Below, one piece after another: positions 23,623-26,282 of a stretch of 26,282 nucleotides of DNA. Numbering within the stretch: position 1 is the first letter of the stretch; the number at the start of each line of letters is the position of its first letter. Origin of the DNA: a virus (Duplodnaviria; Caudoviricetes). The notes under the pieces were generated by a model. The model did no database searches. It had not been told where the DNA came from and was given only the letters and a program-made list of their open reading frames with translations. The translations under genes were made by a program, and so were the position numbers. The stretch is taken from the IMG/VR virus record IMGVR_UViG_3300045994_000154, positions 1 through 26,282 of that record; one strand, given 5' to 3'.

Positions 23623-24624
23623 TTAAACTATGCGAGTTTCGGTGTTCAAAATCTGGTCAACTCGGCGTAATGGAACGCCCTCGAATTGTGTCCAGCTTTG
23701 AGGTGTGCCAAATTGGTTAAGACCGCTTACAACATCAATCGCGTTCTGTGATTTGTTCAATGCTTGAATTCGCAACATTGAGTAAACAGTACGGTTCATG
23801 TAGAACGCTGCACGACCCATGCCAAAGTTCGGAATGCGGTCAAGTGCGCGAGACATCAATTTAACCAAGTCAGCTGCTGAGGATTCAGCCACTAAGTTGG
23901 CTGTATTGATGTTGGCAATACGAACAACATAACGCCAATCTTTAACAACTAAACCATTCTTCCATTGATAATGCGTTTGATAAGCTTGATAAGGGTTGTT
24001 AGCCGAGTCATATACGGTCAATACGCCTTGATTATCAGAGATCAAACCAGCCGCCGAACCTTTTGGGAATGGACAGAAAACTGTATTTTCACCCCAAACC
24101 ACTAAGTAAATCGACGTGTTGTTGCTTGCAGTACCGCCAGCGTCCAGGATGTTTGCTGAATTACCAGCTCCAAGAGCGCCATAACGAGCGGCTAAGCCTA
24201 AGTATTGACGCGGGTCAGTTGCAGGATTGCCGTACAGCATAGTTGATGCTTGCGCCTGATTCATCGCTTCCAAGAACGCCACATCTTCAGACATTCTGAA
24301 ATCATTGGTATTGCCGTTCAAGTCTGCAAGGTCTTTGTCGACTCGCGCATAAGCTTCGAGCATACCGACTGACTCATCGACTTGAGTAGTGGTTGATTTT
24401 GAAGTCGGAATACCTTGGTTGATCGAACGCCAATAAGCCGTCGGTAAGCCGGTACGGATAATAACGCGGTGGCCGGTGGGCAAGTTGCCCTCCATAAATA
24501 CCGCATCTTCTAAAATTTCATTACTTTGTGATAACAGCTCAGCAACAAGTGGAACCTTGCCGTCTGGGTCTAATCGTTTTGCCCAATCTGCCAGCGTCAA
24601 TGCGCCGGTTGATAAAGTAGCCAT
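23623..24624 (-). CDS. Major capsid protein (epsilon15 gp7 / BPP-1 Bbp17-like)
   Basis: LTLADWAKRLDPDGK...ELL.Q.NEIL.D...RTGLP...WR, DWRYVVRIANI and F.GVP.RRVD. Strong RBS TAAGGA. Confidence 0.95.
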   Translation of the reverse strand: MATLSTGALTLADWAKRLDPDGKVPLVAELLSQSNEILEDAVFMEGNLPTGHRVIIRTGLPTAYWRSINQGIPTSKSTTTQVDESVGMLEAYARVDKDLADLNGNTNDFRMSEDVAFLEAMNQAQASTMLYGNPATDPRQYLGLAARYGALGAGNSANILDAGGTASNNTSIYLVVWGENTVFCPFPKGSAAGLISDNQGVLTVYDSANNPYQAYQTHYQWKNGLVVKDWRYVVRIANINTANLVAESSAADLVKLMSRALDRIPNFGMGRAAFYMNRTVYSMLRIQALNKSQNAIDVVSGLNQFGTPQSWTQFEGVPLRRVDQILNTETRIV

Positions 24625-24640
24625 TTTTAATCCTTATATT

Positions 24641-25240
24641 TTATGAATAAAGTTTGTCGGCAAAAGTCTTGCCGCTTGCTGGTGGCGCTTGACCACCTAT
24701 AAATTTATCTTCACTAATGTTTTGCCCTGCTCGATACATAAATCTTATTACCTCCGGGTTGTTGCCAAGTCCAGACTCTTTAAGTAATGATTTAAGTTCA
24801 TCAGTACCAAACGCATCGAGCGCCTTTTTTGCAATGCCAAGATTTTCTGTTAGCCTCTCGCCGCCAAATTCTTTATCTGCTTTTGAAGATTGCTCCCAGT
24901 CAGATCGAATTGCGTCAAGTTGCGCCTGTTGTCGCTCTGCCATAATTGGCGCGACCTTATCAAGTAGTTTTTGGGCATTGTCGTTAGATAGATTTAACTC
25001 CCTAGCGACCTCGGTGTAGGCTTCCAGCACTTGCGGGTCAAACTGTCGCCCCTCCGATGCTTTCAATTCATACGCGTCAGGCGCGCCTTCAACTTCTTTA
25101 ATTTCAGCTGGTTCAGCCTTAACTTCTACTTCATCGAGTAAAGTAGTAGGTTCAGATTTCGCTTCAATTACAGGTGTTTCTATTGCCGCTGTTTCAATGG
25201 CTACATTTTGAGTTTCGCCGCTTGCTACTTGGTCAGTCAT
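24641..25240 (-). CDS. Capsid scaffolding/assembly protein
   Basis: Acidic protein with GAP..Y, D.EFGG, GLGN.PE.IR...G..ISED and a terminal A.KLY. Precedes the major capsid gene. Confidence 0.85.
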   Translation of the reverse strand: MTDQVASGETQNVAIETAAIETPVIEAKSEPTTLLDEVEVKAEPAEIKEVEGAPDAYELKASEGRQFDPQVLEAYTEVARELNLSNDNAQKLLDKVAPIMAERQQAQLDAIRSDWEQSSKADKEFGGERLTENLGIAKKALDAFGTDELKSLLKESGLGNNPEVIRFMYRAGQNISEDKFIGGQAPPASGKTFADKLYS

Positions 25241-25545
25241 TCTTGCTGCTCCTTAATCATTTCTGTGTATCGATCCAGGCAGTGTTCTTGTAATTGTGCT
25301 AACAGTCTTAACCCCTCATTACGCGTACCCTCAGCGAAGGCCATCGTTAATGCGTTGGTGTTAAAAGAGAGCCGCCAAACTCCTGCGCGTTCTAGTAAGC
25401 GGAAAACAAAACGCCTTCCCCTCTTGTTGCTCATCAACCACTTAAGATCACCCGTTTCTAATACCTCTTGATACTTCGCTCGGTCCGTAATGGCTTTGCG
25501 AGTATCTTCAACATCGTATGGACTGAGCAGGTTGTCTTGTGTCAT
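25237..25545 (-). CDS. Bbp19-like head-module protein
   Basis: D.KWLMS..RGRRFV.RLLE.AG...SF......AF.EG.RN.GL. Confidence 0.85.
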   Translation of the reverse strand: MTQDNLLSPYDVEDTRKAITDRAKYQEVLETGDLKWLMSNKRGRRFVFRLLERAGVWRLSFNTNALTMAFAEGTRNEGLRLLAQLQEHCLDRYTEMIKEQQE

Positions 25546-25551
25546 GGCTGT

Positions 25552-25584
25552 AATGTAATTGACTAATTAGATATTAAGTGCATC
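25552..25584 (-). promoter_or_regulatory. Putative late promoter, copy 2: GATGCACTTAAT-N15-TACATT
   Basis: Same motif and spacing as 11599-11631. The -10 box ends 6 nt before the ATG at 25545. Confidence 0.7.
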
Positions 25585-25891
25585 AGTCGTAAAGCATGCT
25601 TGATGCTTTAGTGCTGCTATCTGCGCCACCAAGCTCAAGGTCTGTAATCTGTAAGCACATGTAAATATCTGGCCCTGCATCATCGCCGTCTGCTTCCATC
25701 GTTTGCCGCACTTCTGTCACCAGGGTTGCAGCCTTAATCATGACCTTAGTCCCTGGTGTTGGCGGGGTTGTAATGCCTAAAGCCTCGCATTGATCCTCAT
25801 TTAACCGTATCTCCAACCCATACCCATATGGATTAGGCTTATACTCTTGTGCTGAGTCGTCGGCGTCACACTTCATTGATACCATTGTCAT
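25583..25891 (-). CDS. Capsid staple protein (epsilon15 gp10-like)
   Basis: M.MVSMK...Y.YGL.I.L......LG...P..G...LQITD..L matches my recollection of epsilon15 gp10. Confidence 0.75.
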   Translation of the reverse strand: MTMVSMKCDADDSAQEYKPNPYGYGLEIRLNEDQCEALGITTPPTPGTKVMIKAATLVTEVRQTMEADGDDAGPDIYMCLQITDLELGGADSSTKASSMLYD

Positions 25892-25900
25892 GATAGTTGC

Positions 25901-26182
25901 CTAGTAAAGAGCAACAATAAGCGTTGCTGTGGTGCCGGTAGCCCATACACGAACAACAGATATGTCTTGAATAAAACTGGCGACACCCGCAGCCATTGTC
26001 ATAGTTACCGTGTTGCCGCTAGCCATTGTCACTTTCAAAGTGCCAGCGCCGCCGACCATTATCCCGCGTGTTGGCCTTGCATTTCCTGACGGGGGAACAA
26101 GGTCAACACCATCGTTAGGCGTAACGGCCAAAGCATCGATATAGGAGGTATCGTCGCCAGTGGTTGTATAAAACGGATTCAT
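25901..26182 (-). CDS. Head spike-base protein (RcGTA Rcc01079-like)
   Basis: A.AVTP.D..DL....TR.I.VG..G.L.V.M..G..VT...V.RVWATGTTA..IVALY. Confidence 0.8.
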   Translation of the reverse strand: MNPFYTTTGDDTSYIDALAVTPNDGVDLVPPSGNARPTRGIMVGGAGTLKVTMASGNTVTMTMAAGVASFIQDISVVRVWATGTTATLIVALY

Positions 26183-26282
26183 TACAGATTACCCGCTGGA
26201 TAAAGCGCAAATATTCCTGTCGCGGTGGTTGATGTCGCGGCAATAATCGATGCGTTAATTTTTACAATCTGACCAGCACCTA
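26182..26282 (-). CDS. 3' end of a probable second spike-base paralogue (truncated by the window edge)
   Basis: Translated by hand: ...GAGQIVKINASIIAATSTTATGIFALYPAGNL*, resembling VWATGTTATLIVALY of the next gene. TAATG coupling. Confidence 0.6.
   Translation of the reverse strand, partial: GAGQIVKINASIIAATSTTATGIFALYPAGNL

Noticed and set aside
7402-25471. Numerous short + strand and alternate-frame ORFs within the late genes
   Set aside because: They overlap well-supported structural genes, show no recognisable motifs, and are expected by chance.

Overview
The window is part of a tailed dsDNA phage or prophage with an epsilon15/phiV10/BPP-1-like podovirus virion module. Two convergent arms meet at about 4144-4169. 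The + arm (1-4169) holds the 3' end of a probable helicase and small early-type accessory genes: a pentapeptide-repeat protein, a DUF6948-like protein paired with a (Gly-X)n protein, and an HTH/Zn-finger fusion. These genes are separated by structured intergenic elements, including a nut-like boxA+hairpin. The - arm (26282 to 4144) runs through head decoration genes, scaffold, major capsid, cement, tail adaptor and nozzle, four internal/ejection proteins, tail fibre and an SGNH-esterase appendage. It ends in a lysis module split by about 3.3 kb of cargo: a Tad2/DUF2829-like gene, an N6-adenine methyltransferase, an unannotated Com-like Zn finger, tRNA-Gly(UCC) and PhoH. Most notable: (1) two ejection proteins carry grafted cargo domains, one ART-PolyVal-like and one unrecognised; (2) a structured RNA + Sm-like DUF6948 + Gly-rich protein cassette; (3) a repeated late-promoter motif, GATGCACTTAAT-N15-TAnnnT, whose copies would give a leaderless mRNA and an RBS-unmasking switch; (4) the putative counter-defence cargo inside the lysis operon. 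All family assignments come from motif recognition by eye; no searches were run.
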